Positions 63,781 to 64,000 of a stretch of DNA of 64,000 nt are shown piece after piece. A program made the translations under genes and the position numbers. Positions within the stretch are counted from its first letter, which is position 1. Each line of letters opens with the position of its first letter. This DNA comes from an uncultured Verrucomicrobiae bacterium (lineage in GTDB: Bacteria > Verrucomicrobiota > Verrucomicrobiia > Palsa-1439), in contig CAWEWF010000004.1 in assembly GCA_963812605.1 (NCBI GenBank), positions 224,001 to 288,000 on the forward strand. Reading direction: 5' to 3'. Below the pieces are notes generated by a model, which was not told the origin of the DNA, ran no database searches, and saw only the letters and a list, made by a program, of their open reading frames with translations.

Positions 63781-64000
63781 ATCGCGCCCACGCTCAAAAG
63801 CGAATCGTTGAACTACGCGACCAAATTCGCCATTACGATTACCTTTATCACGTCGAAGCGAAGTCCGAGATTTCCGACTTCGAATACGACAAGCTCTACG
63901 CGGAGCTGAAGACGCTCGAAGGGCAATTCCCCGATCTCGTCACTCCTGACTCACCCACCCAGCGCGGGAGCGGCCAACCCTTGGAGGAATTCAAGAGCGT
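63777..64000 (+). CDS. ligA: NAD-dependent DNA ligase (5' part)
   Basis: Manual translation MNRAHAQKRIVELRDQIRHYDYLYHV...ISDFEYDKLYAELKTLE..FPDLVTPDSPTQR; ATGA overlap with the SDR. Confidence 0.93.
   Translation, partial: MNRAHAQKRIVELRDQIRHYDYLYHVEAKSEISDFEYDKLYAELKTLEGQFPDLVTPDSPTQRGSGQPLEEFKS

Overview
High-GC bacterial chromosome segment, probably Verrucomicrobiota (inferred from gene content and repeat families). About ten genes carry small indels, mostly in homopolymers and including housekeeping genes, which points to long-read errors rather than pseudogenes. Core genes: threonine aldolase, aas, tRNA-Gly, tRNA-Leu, Rrf2-mrp-sufT, hup, ald, sugar ABC genes, trpS-lysA-scpA-scpB-pheA-hisC-aroF, a sugar kinase-murQ fusion and ligA. 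Main observations: (1) a 12 kb cluster of an atypical stand-alone ketosynthase, an ICMT-family methyltransferase, an SDR, a 7TM-GAF kinase, a GAF-PAS kinase, a sigma54 activator and a FadL channel with its own sigma54 promoter, a candidate lipid-signal (quorum-sensing-like) circuit; (2) three integrase-free accessory sites marked by a duplicated gene end (tRNA-Leu 3' half, MBL hydrolase 5' end, pheA 3' end), where the protein-gene duplicates differ almost only at synonymous sites; (3) REP-like palindromes inside hisC, aroF and scpB coding sequence; (4) a triple operator-promoter palindrome beside a tiny XRE gene, next to a DUF5131-TcmP pair.
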